Assembly (NCBI GenBank): GCA_045837725.1
Contig: JBEWZL010000266.1
Coordinates: forward strand, 310,001-374,000
Length of the DNA: 64,000 bases
Direction of reading: 5' to 3'
DNA from: Vermamoeba vermiformis
Taxonomy: Eukaryota
Made by a program: the position numbers and the translations under genes
Part shown: piece after piece, positions 23,916-36,267 of the stretch
How positions within the stretch are numbered: position 1 is the first letter of the stretch
How the letters are laid out: each line of letters starts with the position of its first letter
Notes under the pieces: model-generated
The model's database searches: none
What the model was told of the DNA's origin: nothing
The model's input: the letters and a program-made list of their open reading frames with translations, nothing else

Positions 23916-25104
23916 TTAGCGTATTTTTTCCACGAAAATGGAATATTTTAGGTTTAGTAACGTACCGGCAATTTGTGGTCTATTATCCAACACGCGAAGT
24001 CGTCTAATGCCATTCGTAAAATCACCGCGGTCATTCAAAACAGTATTCAAGTCTACTATGACATCGCACTCCAAGCCCTCTGTAAATTCGTATTTGCTGC
24101 AGTCAGGGACTAGAGAATCGTTCAGCGTAAATGTAAAAGTGCTGGCGATGTCTTCAAGGGACCAGTAATTTGTCCAGCCATATCGTAATTTACATTGGAG
24201 TTTTACCAAGTACCTGAAATTCACAGAATTAATTAATTATTTGTATAGTAGAATTTTCAAACGTAGTTAACTTGCTTGGAGATTTGGTCGTTTGATGGAT
24301 CGGCCCTATCATTGTAATTCATTACGTGGCAGATATTTCTAGCGGTGCGGAGATTCGTTTCGATCAATCGACGATAAAGTCGTTTGGCAAAATACTGATC
24401 CGCAACTCGAAATTTTGGCGGATAAGTGCTCTAATCATTAATTAATATTACATATACTATATAATCGATGAAAAATGCTAATTTGATAATTAAAATTGGA
24501 AAAAAATCCTTACCGAGTAAGTCAGTGGCGTAAATGTTTCTAAATTAAATCGATGCGCTGCACCCATGATATTATAATCTTCTTTCAACTCGTCACTATT
24601 AAGGCATAACGAAGTACTATATATCCATATTAGTAATAAGCGTTTGTATAAGAGGGTTCGTTTCTTACTCGTTACGAAAAACGAACTCTTGGACATGCTC
24701 TTTAGAAGCATGATAGTGCCAATATTTGCTCACTAAAGAGCATGCCATTATGGAATTATAATTCGAATAGAGAAAAATCTGCTCGATAACTTCCTACAAA
24801 GAAAAATTAGTAGCACATCCGAATTTTGATTAAAAAATCCCAAAAATTTGCAATAATTATTTGCGTATCTAGCCTATGTAACGAATGATTCTTTGAGCTG
24901 TTATTTAGTAACGCCGAAAATTTTAAAAATAGCTAAAAAATCAATCGAAAATAGATCAAGACTTACAGGAGGAAGTAATTGATCTATAACTGCTTCTGAT
25001 GGATAAACAAATGCTCTTTTTCTTAGTTTCTGAATTCCACGATGCAAATAAGTCACGAGAACAATTGAAAGAATAACCAGTATCAAACTCAATGTCCACG
25101 CCAT
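23916..25104 (-). CDS. N-terminal TM anchor + F-box protein; multi-exon
   Basis: MAWTLSLILVILSIVLVTYL (TM), then QLLPP|EVIEQIFLYSNYNSIMACSLVSKYWHYHA (F-box consensus). Confidence 0.65.
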
Positions 25105-25380
25105 CAGATCGTTGTTGAATTGATTATTTTTTCGTTACATGTTAATAATATGAAGAGTTGTTGCTCTCTTAAACTAAAATCAAAAATTTTAAGGGCGTTA
25201 AACCGGCAAAAACAGCCAAAAAATTGATCTTCTGTTTAACAATGTATTAACATTTTACCAACGACAAGGAATATAAAATAAAAATAATAATAATGTCGCC
25301 GAATTTAAATTATTATAATAACGCAAAATTAACTCGAATAAGTAACTTAAAATCTTCGTCTTTACTAACAAGTGGATCTA

Positions 25381-27353
25381 CTATGAAATAGTCTTCATCG
25401 TAGTCATAGTAGTGCTATTTACAGTCTCTGAAACATCTTTTTTGCTTTTAGAGCTCGCGCTGGATTTGCTGGCTCGAGGATTGAACACCAGAATTTGACA
25501 CGTTGACACGCCGTTGAGAGCCAAGAGCGCGACGATGTTAATTGTGATCCAGCCTGACACTGAGCCCGATACATCTGCAAATATGAAGGCTACGATGCAG
25601 AAGAAAAATATCCAGAAAAATACGACGGATCCAATAATCAGCCAGGTGACCTACAGAAAGACATATAAGTATTAATGATGATATTGGTATGCAGTTTGTA
25701 CCTTCTTTAAGAAATTAGCCTTATTTGATACGGTCTGACTGGCCTTCATTCGCTTCAGCAGCAAAGTTGAAGCGATCAAATAAAATATACACATGCCAGC
25801 CACGCAAATCAAACAAATGACCGCTGTTATAGTCACGGTTAGGCTAGCTCCAACTATATAATATTTAATTAGTAGTGAACGCATTTTTAAAGAATTTTTG
25901 CGTACCAACACCGGCAGATCTGAGAATATCACTCGCTATCTCTAATACTCCGAGAGCTACGCTGAATAGAATAAATGGAAGCTTCATCTTTTTGAGGCCC
26001 GGATAGATTTTTAATGAGGCGCTGGTCATTGCTTCGACCCTAAAAAATAAAATTTGTTAGATGCGATCTCGATCCGCTTTCGATGACTTTACGTACCAAT
26101 AAAGACTCATTAATAGCGATGCAACAATAGTAATAGGGAAAGTGATCGTAAATAGAATGTTGTCAGCAAAGTAAGTCCACACTCGTCGAAATCCTAGCGG
26201 ATCTACCACCATGTACAACAATCGCACTGTGGTTGCGTAAAAATGGTTAGTATTAATTATTACATTAAAATAGCTACTATAATAATTATATGACGATTAA
26301 TCGAATAATTTCTACTTGTTTTTACGTACGCAAATTGGCCACCAAGTGCAGCGTCAAACAAGTTTGAGGAATGCTGCGGGTGAATTTGCCTCGAACGCGT
26401 GCAAATAATACGAGCTTATATATAGCTAGACCTATGCACCATGCGGAGGCTGCACCGATAACCACCGAGAACAGTACATCCAGATCTAAAAAGTGAATAG
26501 GTTAGTCAAACCCCAAAACTCTCAAACTCGCTCGCTTTATGCTTGCATTTTTTTAAAAATTGGGCTTACGGTTATTGGGTATCCAAAGCCATTCATTTCC
26601 TGCATAAATATAAAATAATTGTAAGATCGCACTACAAATTGATTGAGCGAAAGAACTTGCCTGTAGACCGTATTGTTATAATCACTTGCGTATCTACTGA
26701 TGTATAAATTGAAGGCAAAGCCTCAGCTGCGACAGATCCAATTTCGAACGCAGGAATGGTTATTCCTTCTCCTTTTGAACCATCCTGAAGAAGCTGCGGC
26801 CGGGTAGTGCTATTTGAATGAATTTAATTAGGAAAACATAATCTGGCAGAAAAAGATAAATGTGTTCTGGATTTGCCTCCGAAACATTAATCAAATATTG
26901 CAAAACTTCTCGAGGGCTATATTAGAGGCGAAATTAACTAAATGCATACCAATGCCATCGTGGACCATAACAACAGCTACAGCTCCGTTTTGTTGCAAAA
27001 TTCTGATCGGCAGTTCGATCGGATTTACTGTTGGCGTGACAACTATGAGTCCAGTGACATCTTGAGTCTCTGATATTTGTTGCACATATATTGATGTGTA
27101 ATTTATTAATGGTTCTGCAATGGTAAAGTCGTCTAATCAAAAGAAAATGTCAGATCACGAGTGAAAATGAATCAGATGTAGCTAGATCGAGCTTACCTCC
27201 GAGGAATAATTGTGCTACTTGTGTACTATATGTTGTTCCTCCAGGGTAGAAGGTAATTTGTGCCCGAGAAACGCAGCTGAGCAGTAAAATTGTTACTGTA
27301 AAAGTAGATCTGCTTCTTTGGCTTACAACACTATTCTCGGTGAATAATGACAT
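25381..27353 (-). CDS. PA (protease-associated)-like ectodomain + ~7-TM membrane protein; multi-exon
   Basis: Signal-like N-terminus; ILQQNGAVAVVMV and TIPAFEI (PA-like); TM region SIPQTCLTLHLVANL, VVDPLGFRRV, FTITFPITIVASLLMSLYW; Ser/Thr tail. Confidence 0.7.
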
Positions 27354-27535
27354 GGTGGTGTTAAAGATATGATGTAAATTAAAATGAGTTGCATTGTGTG
27401 AGACAACGGTCGCACCCCGAAAAAAATCTTGTCGTTTTGTGATTGACACGCGCCAGCCCAAAATTCGTGGTTCAATCATTTATTTAGGATTAATTTTCAA
27501 AATTAATAGAAAATTACATAAAATAAATTACATAC

Positions 27536-27685
27536 TGGTGAATAAGAAAAATCTAATAAGGTCATAAATGAAAGATCTTCAATCTTATTCCGCCATTGTT
27601 TGCTTATTCTTCCCAAACGATGAATGTCTCGCACGCTAAGCGAGCTCAATATTATGGAATGCAGCTCGCGTGGTAAGCTGTCCAT
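27536..27685 (-). pseudogene. orphan F-box first exon (family copy A)
   Basis: MDSLPRELHSIILSSLSVRDIHRLGRISKQWRNKIEDLSFMTLLDFSYSP|gt, homologous to exon 1 at 56012. No recognisable further exons in the ~180 bp before the next gene. Confidence 0.6.
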
Positions 27686-28110
27686 TCTAAATCTAAATGA
27701 GTTGTTGTGGTTGCCATTGCAAAATATTTTTGATTTGTGGTCGGAAAAAGATGAGAAATTACCCAACAGAACACACAAGTCCCGTACAAATTAAAAAAGA
27801 CATATGTTTATAGCATCTTAAGAGCGTCGTTAAGATCTGATTACGCATCTGGAAACCGCGTGTATATTGTTTGCTTTTTCCAAACACAACATCCGGCGTG
27901 CCATTCTCGTGGGCTCGGCTGACATCAAGGACGTAGGCAGCAACGGCTGTCGACAGGTAGACAATCATTATTCTTTGTGTTAATGCTCTGTGCACCAACA
28001 ATTTGACCGTTGAAGTACCACGTGACTTTGTCCCAAGAGGAACGTTTCAAGCTGATCAAGATCAGCCTCGGGGCCGATTATATTCATATGTATGACCAAA
28101 AATAGAGGCA

Positions 28111-31100
28111 TCACTCGTGAGAACTGTTCGGCTTAGCGACATAAGTGTCACAAACGGATTGCAGCTGTTCGAATGTACAGGGCTTCGTGATCACTTCTCT
28201 CATGCCAGATTTCAAGGCCTCTTCTCGAGTTTCAGCAAGTGCGTGTGCCGTTAATGCGACAATTGGCGTCGGATTAAGTTGTTTTCGGAGTGCAACAGCC
28301 GCCTCAAGACCATCTAAAACAAAAATTAGTATCGAGTGGATGTGGTAACTTGATACCGGCAAAAAAGAAGAATATGGGAAAGAGGGTACTTACTCATCTC
28401 AGGCATTTCAATGTCCATAAAAATCAAGTCGTACTGCTTTTGTTTCGTTTTCTCAATCGCTTCACGACCATTGTTTGCAATGTCTACGCTGCAGTTCAGC
28501 TTCTTTAACAGCGCACTAATCACTATTTGGTTGACTTTGTTATCCTACGAAACAATATAAGTCAATATCAGGATTCAACTGCAGATCTGGATCGAGCGGG
28601 TTGGATCTGGACTTACTTCGGCTAGAAGCAATAACATTTTTTCTGGTTTTTCATACGACTCGCGAAGTGAAGTAGCGTTCTTGTAGCCATCAATTAGGGC
28701 TGTTTGATCTTGAGTCGAAGCACGAGGAATAGGGGCCAATCTGTAATCAGGACCTAAGCCCGCCTGCAGCTCTCGTGCACCGCTTCCACTGAAATATTCA
28801 ACCATCTTATTGTTGTCGTGATCGCTCGTTGCTTCGTGGTAGGGGATGTAAAAGTAAAATGAGGCACCTTGATCTTTTCCATGGCTTCAAAACGAACATC
28901 GTTCAGACTTTCATCTCATTATTTTCAAGTATTAGGCATTACCTTACTACGGCGATGTCACCTCCGTGCAGAAGACAAATTCTCTTGCTAATAGCTGTAT
29001 AAGAAGTGTGAGTACTCCGTGTTAAAGTGAGCGAATTCGATGACTTTTGACACGCATAAATTGCCATGCTACGAACCTAAGCCCAATCCGCTTCCGCCGT
29101 ACTTAGCACTGGTATTTGAATCACCCTATAAATGCAAATTAGTAAACATCAAAAAAAGATTTTGTGCGGATGCGACGTGGATGCGAAACGTACTTGCTCG
29201 AACGCGTCGAATACTTTCGAAATGTGCTTCTTATCTATTCCTATGCCAGTGTCTTTCACTGAAAATACCAAATAGGCCTTATCAGTTGGTTGATCGATGT
29301 TTTTGATGGCACCTTCCGAGCTGCTTGGCTGCAAGCCCGAGCCTTTTTTGGTAAAAATAGAGCTAGGCACGCGTAAAATCTGTTGTCTCGGAGATTGAGT
29401 TGACGTCCAGGGAAGGGCTCCTAACGAACTCCGCAATGACACTTTGACCGTTATCGTGCCTTGTTCAGTGAACTTGATCGCGTTCGAAAGAAGGTTGATC
29501 AACACTTGTCTAATGCGCAATGAATCTCCGAGGAACTTTTGAGGCAGTTTCTTGGTATCAAAATCGACTTTGAGTTGAACTTTTGGGTTCGCTGAAATTA
29601 AAGGCGTCACTACTTGCGTGCACGTGTCGACCAGCTCCTTCAAATTGACACTTTCAACGTGTAGTTTCATCATTTGTGCTTCAATCTAAATCGAGTAATT
29701 AATTCTCCGCTTTTTGATAAGTTGTCCGAAATTTTGGATAAGATTCTAAAGGCTCGGGTAGAAACCGATAAACCTTCAACTTATTTAAATTCGTTTTTCA
29801 AAATATGGCTAAATGTAATGCTAAAATTACGCCTAACATCGAACCGGTTCAGTAAAATTCTGGATGTATACTTCAATAAGCATTTTTCCGTGAGCTTGCC
29901 ATTGAAGATAAGGATAGATAGGTGGGTGTCAAGATAAAATATCATAATATTATCCTTGTTGCATACCTTTGAGAAATCGAGCACGTCGTTGATAATGCCT
30001 AATAAATTGTTGGCGCAATTCCTCGCGATTTGAATCAACTTGAATTGATCGGACGTGATGTTGTTAGCGCTGCCCAATATATCAATAGCACCCACTATTC
30101 CAACCAACGGTGTCCTAAATCTCGGTCAGGATCTGATCCTAAAATTGTATTCTTTGCAACAATAAAAAATTTATCCGTCTATGGTTTGATAACGATTCGT
30201 CGTGTGGGAATGACATTCAAAAATTATTCAGTCTGACGTACCTCAATTCATGCGACATCCGGCACAAAAATTCTAAAGTTATAAATTTGAATACGTTAGC
30301 TTCTAGAATTGATAGTATATTATTCTCTTGGATTACCTGTCTTATATTGATTAGCTTTTGCGATATCCGCGATTATTCTCGAATGGTGTCTCTCGTAGCC
30401 GGCCATTATGACGAATAAAGTGAAGTTGAGGTACAATGAGTGAACGCTAGCGTTATAAATACGTTAGAAATCTAATAATATTATTGTAATTGACTAATTA
30501 TTGTATTATTTAACCAAAAAAATGTCGATCCTTACGAAAAAATCTTGAGCAGCTCCTCTGGTGACTTGTCTCCCGTAAAATTGTATCCATTACTCTCCAG
30601 AATATACAAAAGAAGGCTAGAGAGGATGTTATAAACTATTCCGATCACCATTCCCCAGTGCCCTGTATGCCAAATCCAAATTAATTCGAATTTGAAAAAC
30701 CACCAAAATTAATTAATAATTTACTACGTACCATATATGACATTCAGAAAGAATACCGTTTGCCCATGCCTTGACATTTGGGAATAAACGCCACCAAACG
30801 CTAAGCTGTATCCGAGGACACAAATCATGCTTCCTACTACCACAACGGCATTTGCTATATGTCTGCTATGCGTAAATGCTAAGGCAAAAAATCCTATGAT
30901 AACACATAGCAGAAAAGCCACGATTGGAAGAGGATGTGCGTGTTCTAAAAAATACGGAGGCGCAAATGGCGATAAAGCCAATAAAATCATAAATGTGCTT
31001 GCCTCGCATACTTTAAAATACATAAGAATCAGCTGTCTAATATCCGGATCTGCTTTGTAAATCGTCTTGAATTCATCTGGCAGCTTCCGTATGATCCAGT

Positions 31101-31149
31101 CAAGGACAGCTTGTTCAAATTCGAACGGCGAGAAAGCTCGCTCTATCAT
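28111..31149 (-). CDS. membrane-bound hybrid histidine kinase (TM sensor + HisKA + HATPase + receiver); multi-exon
   Basis: H-box FLCRMSHELRTPL, N-box RIRQVLINLLSNAIKFT, G1 VKDTGIGI, G2 YGGSGLGL, receiver YDLIFMDIEMP...PIVALTA...ITKP. Confidence 0.93.
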
Positions 31150-31710
31150 CGTGTTATGTTCGAAAGTATATTTAATAATAAATAAAGGACGGAGTTTTTC
31201 GCCTGATTTGTGCCGAGTTCTGAAATTTCTTAAATTAACTTTGACCCAGGAATAAAAATTAAGGAAGGTTTTTGGCGCCCTCGAAAAATACAAATCTTAG
31301 TGACTATGGTTATTAGACAGCAAGTCATAATTATGATGATAATCTGGTTCAGATCCAACTTGATCAGCTATTAATTGCAGTCTTTCTTATGTCCTTGGAT
31401 AAGTTTCCTTTGTTCCAAATTCTCGTTTGCACCGCAATATCCGAAATGAATCGATAATCAGTCCTGCTCGTCAAACGCAAACGGATCCGGCTTGAGTGAA
31501 GAAAGAGATAGTAGTTGTTAGCCGTGGAGGACATATACACCAAGAAAAACATTAGAAGGCTATTTTCTTGTGAAATACATGAAAAAATAGTCAAGTAACG
31601 CAATTCTGTGTTAATTCGCATTTCACGACCGCAATAAAAAATCTTGGTTGCCGTTAATTTTTATTTTACTCGCCAAAAGAGACACTAGCCACTATAAATT
31701 ATATTTATCA

Positions 31711-34700
31711 ATGCAGGCGAGCGACGTTCAGAAGGTGGTGACGAGCTCAATCGTCATCATCCCGCCAGAAAACTTGTGTGGCCAAATCCAAGACATCCGT
31801 CGCCTCTATGACAAGAGTTTCGAACGGTGGATGCCACATATTAACTTATTATACCCATTCGTACCAAAAGATCAATTTGCTAGCGTCGTAGGCAAGATCC
31901 AGACAGTTTTAAAAGAAATCAAGCCCTTCAAAGTCCGATTGGATCATTTTACGCATTTTGAACATCGAGCTAGCACTACTGTATTTTTAGACCCTAAAGT
32001 TATCGTAAGTAATGAGTCCCGGATTTAGAAAACTTGAGGAATGCAATTTAACTTAATTTATTTAATTACTTTAACGCATAGAATATGCTTATTATGAATT
32101 CTATTATTTAATGACATTATTTAGAGCGAAGATAAAAATGCCATAAACGGCCTGCAATCCGCGCTTCAAAATGCTTTCCCGTTCTGCGACGATTTATCAA
32201 CCAAATCAGAGTCTGGCTTCCATGCCCATATGTCACTAGCCAATTTTCAAGACGTCGTAAGTTTCTCTTATTTAAATCTAATTTTAGTCCTGTAATTTAA
32301 ATTTTCATTCATTAACCGCCGCTGATAGAAAACGACGCTAGAAAAAGTCGCAGAATTTAATGCGCAGTTTAAACCAGTCGAATTTGAAGTCAATTGCGTC
32401 CATTTAATCGCTCGTATTGGTGAACTGCCGTTCAAAGAGATCTACACGATCGATTTTGGCGCGGACAACAAGATCGTTCATCACGTAGATAATGATAACG
32501 AGATTAGAGAGCGCAAAAAATTAGCAAAGAAACAATTTACAAGATTACCTACTTACAGGTAACGACAAAAATATATTTCCTTTATCGGATCTAACGGTTC
32601 AATAGGTTTAACAATAACAAATGGAGTCCTATAGTCGATGTTGAAATAGACCAAAAGAAATTAGCAGCTACTAATGTAAATGCAAATCAATTGACTGTTG
32701 CCTCATACAACGTTTTATTCGACATTTACGACGAGGACAAAATTTATACCAAAGAAAGGTAAGTCCTTCGGATTGAAATAGAAATGGTATAATATTAACC
32801 CTTATTATAGAATCCCGAAGATATTTGAAGAATTGAAGAATACTGATGCAGATATTATTGGACTCGAAGAAATGACCCCGACATTTGTACGAGCACTTTT
32901 GTCGCAAGACTGGGTTCGACAGCATTACTACGTCAGCGACAATGGTAAATAACCATATAAGGAAATATCATGCGAGTCCTAATGAGAGTAACTTTGTCCA
33001 GGTTCATGCGACAGTTTGAGTGAAAAATACGGTCAAGTCTTGTTGAGCAAACTGCCATTCGACGTGTATTTCTACGTGTACAGCGCACAAAAGCGAGCAG
33101 TGATTGCTGAGTTCTTGATCAACAGAAGAAAAGTCTTCGTGCCCGTCATTCATTTGACGAGTGAACGAAACGCAGACATCACCAAACGAGTCAGTATATT
33201 CATAGTTAATTCAATAATCATATTATTATAACACCACTTGTAGGTACTGCAAATGGGAGTAGTCTATGATCGAGTTTGTTCCGAGGAAGATTTGCAAACG
33301 GACGATGGAACCGACTGCATTATGATTGGTGACTTCAACATTAGTGACGGAGATAGCGGTGAAGAATACGCGTTTAGAAGTGACTTTGCTGATTCGTGGC
33401 GTGAAATTCATCCGAATGACCCTGGCTACACTTATGACCCCGAAGTTAATACCCTCGCAAAAATCACTACTGAACTAGGTTTGCGACGCAGACTTGACAG
33501 AATCTTGTTAAGGTATGTAATATGCTTGCCATCTATAGTCAATTCGTAGCCTAATCTATTTTTTAGATCGCTCCATTGGGTCCCTAAGACTGTTGAAATC
33601 TTCGGTAACAAATCATTTGAAATTGAAGACAACAAGCAAAAAATCACTTTGTTCCCTTCTGATCACTATGGTGTTAAGTACGTATCACATTAAATAGCTA
33701 AAGTAATGCACATTACTAATTTGGTCGGCAGGGCTGTGATTGAATTTAACGCGGAAGGCATCAATAAAAATGCTATCGCTAGCACGCAAGTCAACAATAA
33801 CCTCGACGGAGAGAAGGGATATTATGAGGAGAACCCTGGCAAAGATGATTTGAAAGAATACCTCGAGCCGTTTGGTGTATTCGAGAGTCCTGAAGTTGAC
33901 CAAAGACGCGCTGAAACAGTGAAGAAAATTGAAAGTCTGATCGCTAGCCACTTCATCAAAGACGAAGAACATACTACGCCCTTCTTATTATTGACTATGG
34001 GATCGTATCACTTGGGCGTTCACTCACCTGGTAAGTATTAATGCAGATCTGATCCAAGTGCCCGGACTAATTGTCGAGACAGGCTCTGATATGGACTTGC
34101 TTTGTGTCAGCAATTTGGACACTGAAAGCTTCTTTAAATTCGCCTCGCGTGCTCTCAACGCAGTCGATCAAGGCAGCAAAGTGTTGCAGGTCCTTACTGA
34201 CGCGTTGATTCCCGTGTTGAAATTGAAGGTCAATGGCTTCAGTATTGATCTCCAGTATTGTCGTGTGTTGAGTACGTAGTTAAATTACAGCTATTAATCA
34301 TCCAGAAAGCTGAACTAACTTTTTTTTTTGGTTCAGAAAACATGAGCGACAAACACTTCTCGATCAACTCCGTTGACGATAAAGATCAAAGAAAGATGGA
34401 TATGACCTCTGTCCAGACCTTGAACGGTTACAGAGATGGTGAAGTGATTTTGAAGTGTTTAGCAACCGCTGACGGCAAGAAATTGGCTCGATTTAGAATC
34501 GTTCATCAGTGCATTAAGTTGTGGGCCAAGCGTAAGAGTTCCTTAATAAACCCACGTGCACTAATATTTGCTAACATTTCCTTATTAGGAAAGGGATTGT
34601 ACAATAACCGTCTAGGATATTTCGGTGGTTTTGGCTGGACGATTTTGGTCCTCAAGTAAGTTATTTGGTCATTTGACACGTGTCACTTCAGTTAACACTT

Positions 34701-36144
34701 GCCTTTTTAGGATTGTTCAAATGTACCCGAAGCTGCAGCCACGTCAACTAGTCCACAAGTTCTTCCAAGTGTTTAGTCATTGGGACTGGACTAATGTCCC
34801 CGTTGCTGTCACATTGGACAACGGCGTGACACCCTCGTACAAAATGGACCAACAACGCGATCGTATGGCTGTGGTCACGTTATCCAAGCCATACAAAAAC
34901 AGTGCTAGAAACGTCACAAAATCATCGCGCAGAGTGCTTATCAACGCGTTCACTGAAGCAGAATTGATCACACGCGAACAAGATTGGTCAACTTTGTTCC
35001 TCCCTGCGCCATTTGTTACAGCGCACAAAGCTTACTTGAACATTGTCATCTCAGCTATTTCAAAAGAAGAATACTTCCAATGGTAAGTCCCATTGTTTGT
35101 CTAGTGCGTTGCTTAACATTTTGCATTTAAAAGGGTTGGTTTTGTCGAGTCACGTCTGATCGATTTGTGCATCAAAATCGAGACTAGAGTGCCAACACTG
35201 CTCGTTCACTTGTGGCCTGTGCGTTACATCAATCCATCGGACAATTATCCTTACAGCTGCTGCTACTTCATTGGTAAGACTTGCTTGCATTAATTTCGTA
35301 TTCATCGATTTTGACACGTGCTTTTAGGTTTCACTCCACAACAAGACCCCGCGGCTCCCAACAATACCAATGAACAAAACAATGCCAATCAAGAAAAGAA
35401 ACCAAAAGTTGACTTCACCAGTGCCGTGCTCGACTTCCAACACATTGTGAATGGTTGGGAGAAGAAGTCACTCGGCATGGATTTGACTATTAAGCAGCTC
35501 ACTCCGTAAGATCTCTCCATCTCAAATTATCAAATTTATTTAACCATCTTACTGACATTGTTACTATTAGAGCTAAAATCGCTGGTTTGAAGTTGGTCGA
35601 AGAAACAACGATTGATGATTTTGAAGGCAGCACATACGAGGGCGAAGACAGTAAGTCCCTTGACTATAAATATTGTTGAATAATATAGCAGCGTTTTAAT
35701 ATGACTTTATTAGGTGAATATGATTCGAGCTCAAATACCAATGTGGCCAACAACAACAATAACACCAATAACAATAATAACACTAATGCCGCACATGTCG
35801 GCGCTAAAGCACAAGCACCAGCTGAGAAGAAAAAAGACGACAAAGGCAAGAAAAAAGGAGCCAAAGAGGTCAAAGAAGATGTTTCGAGCAAGAAGCGACT
35901 GCACACATCTGAAGAGGTCTATAATAGAGTCAAATGGGACTCGCGATATAATTCAACGGAATTTGTTATTGTCTACGAGGACAGATTCAAGGGTTTGGTT
36001 GAAATTCCATTTGAAGATTTTAGAGATAATGCAGATGAGGTCGAATCAGTGCCCTTCCATCGCGTGTGGTACTTCAAACACAACGGCAAGGTCGTGTGGG
36101 ACCGTAAGGAACGAATAGACCTTATATTTGACGACGCTAAATAA
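31711..36144 (+). CDS. multidomain RNA-end-processing protein: 2H phosphoesterase + EEP nuclease/phosphatase + poly(A) polymerase + MJ1316 (LENG9-like); multi-exon
   Basis: 2H: RWMPHINLLYPF and FHAHMSL. EEP: SYNVLF, DIIGLEE, GDFN, RLDRI, SDHYGV. PAP: GSYHLGVHSPGSDMDLLCV, IDLQY, IKLWAKR, GYFGG, NSARNVT. MJ1316: SEEVYNRVKWD...YEDRF...PFHRVWYFK...WDRKERID. Confidence 0.9.
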
Positions 36145-36267
36145 AAATAAAACCCCGCCAAGTTTTTTAAATTCCTAATTTATTTAAAAATTTATTTTCT
36201 TCTTCGAATAGACGCAACAACTCTTAATTCAATCCAAAATAAATAGTTCGCTATAATATCCTATGAA

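Noticed and set aside
27790..28090. Coding-like minus-strand fragments (VYLSTAVAAYVLDV...GTPDVVFG)
   Set aside because: No start, consistent exon chain or recognisable family; too weak to call.
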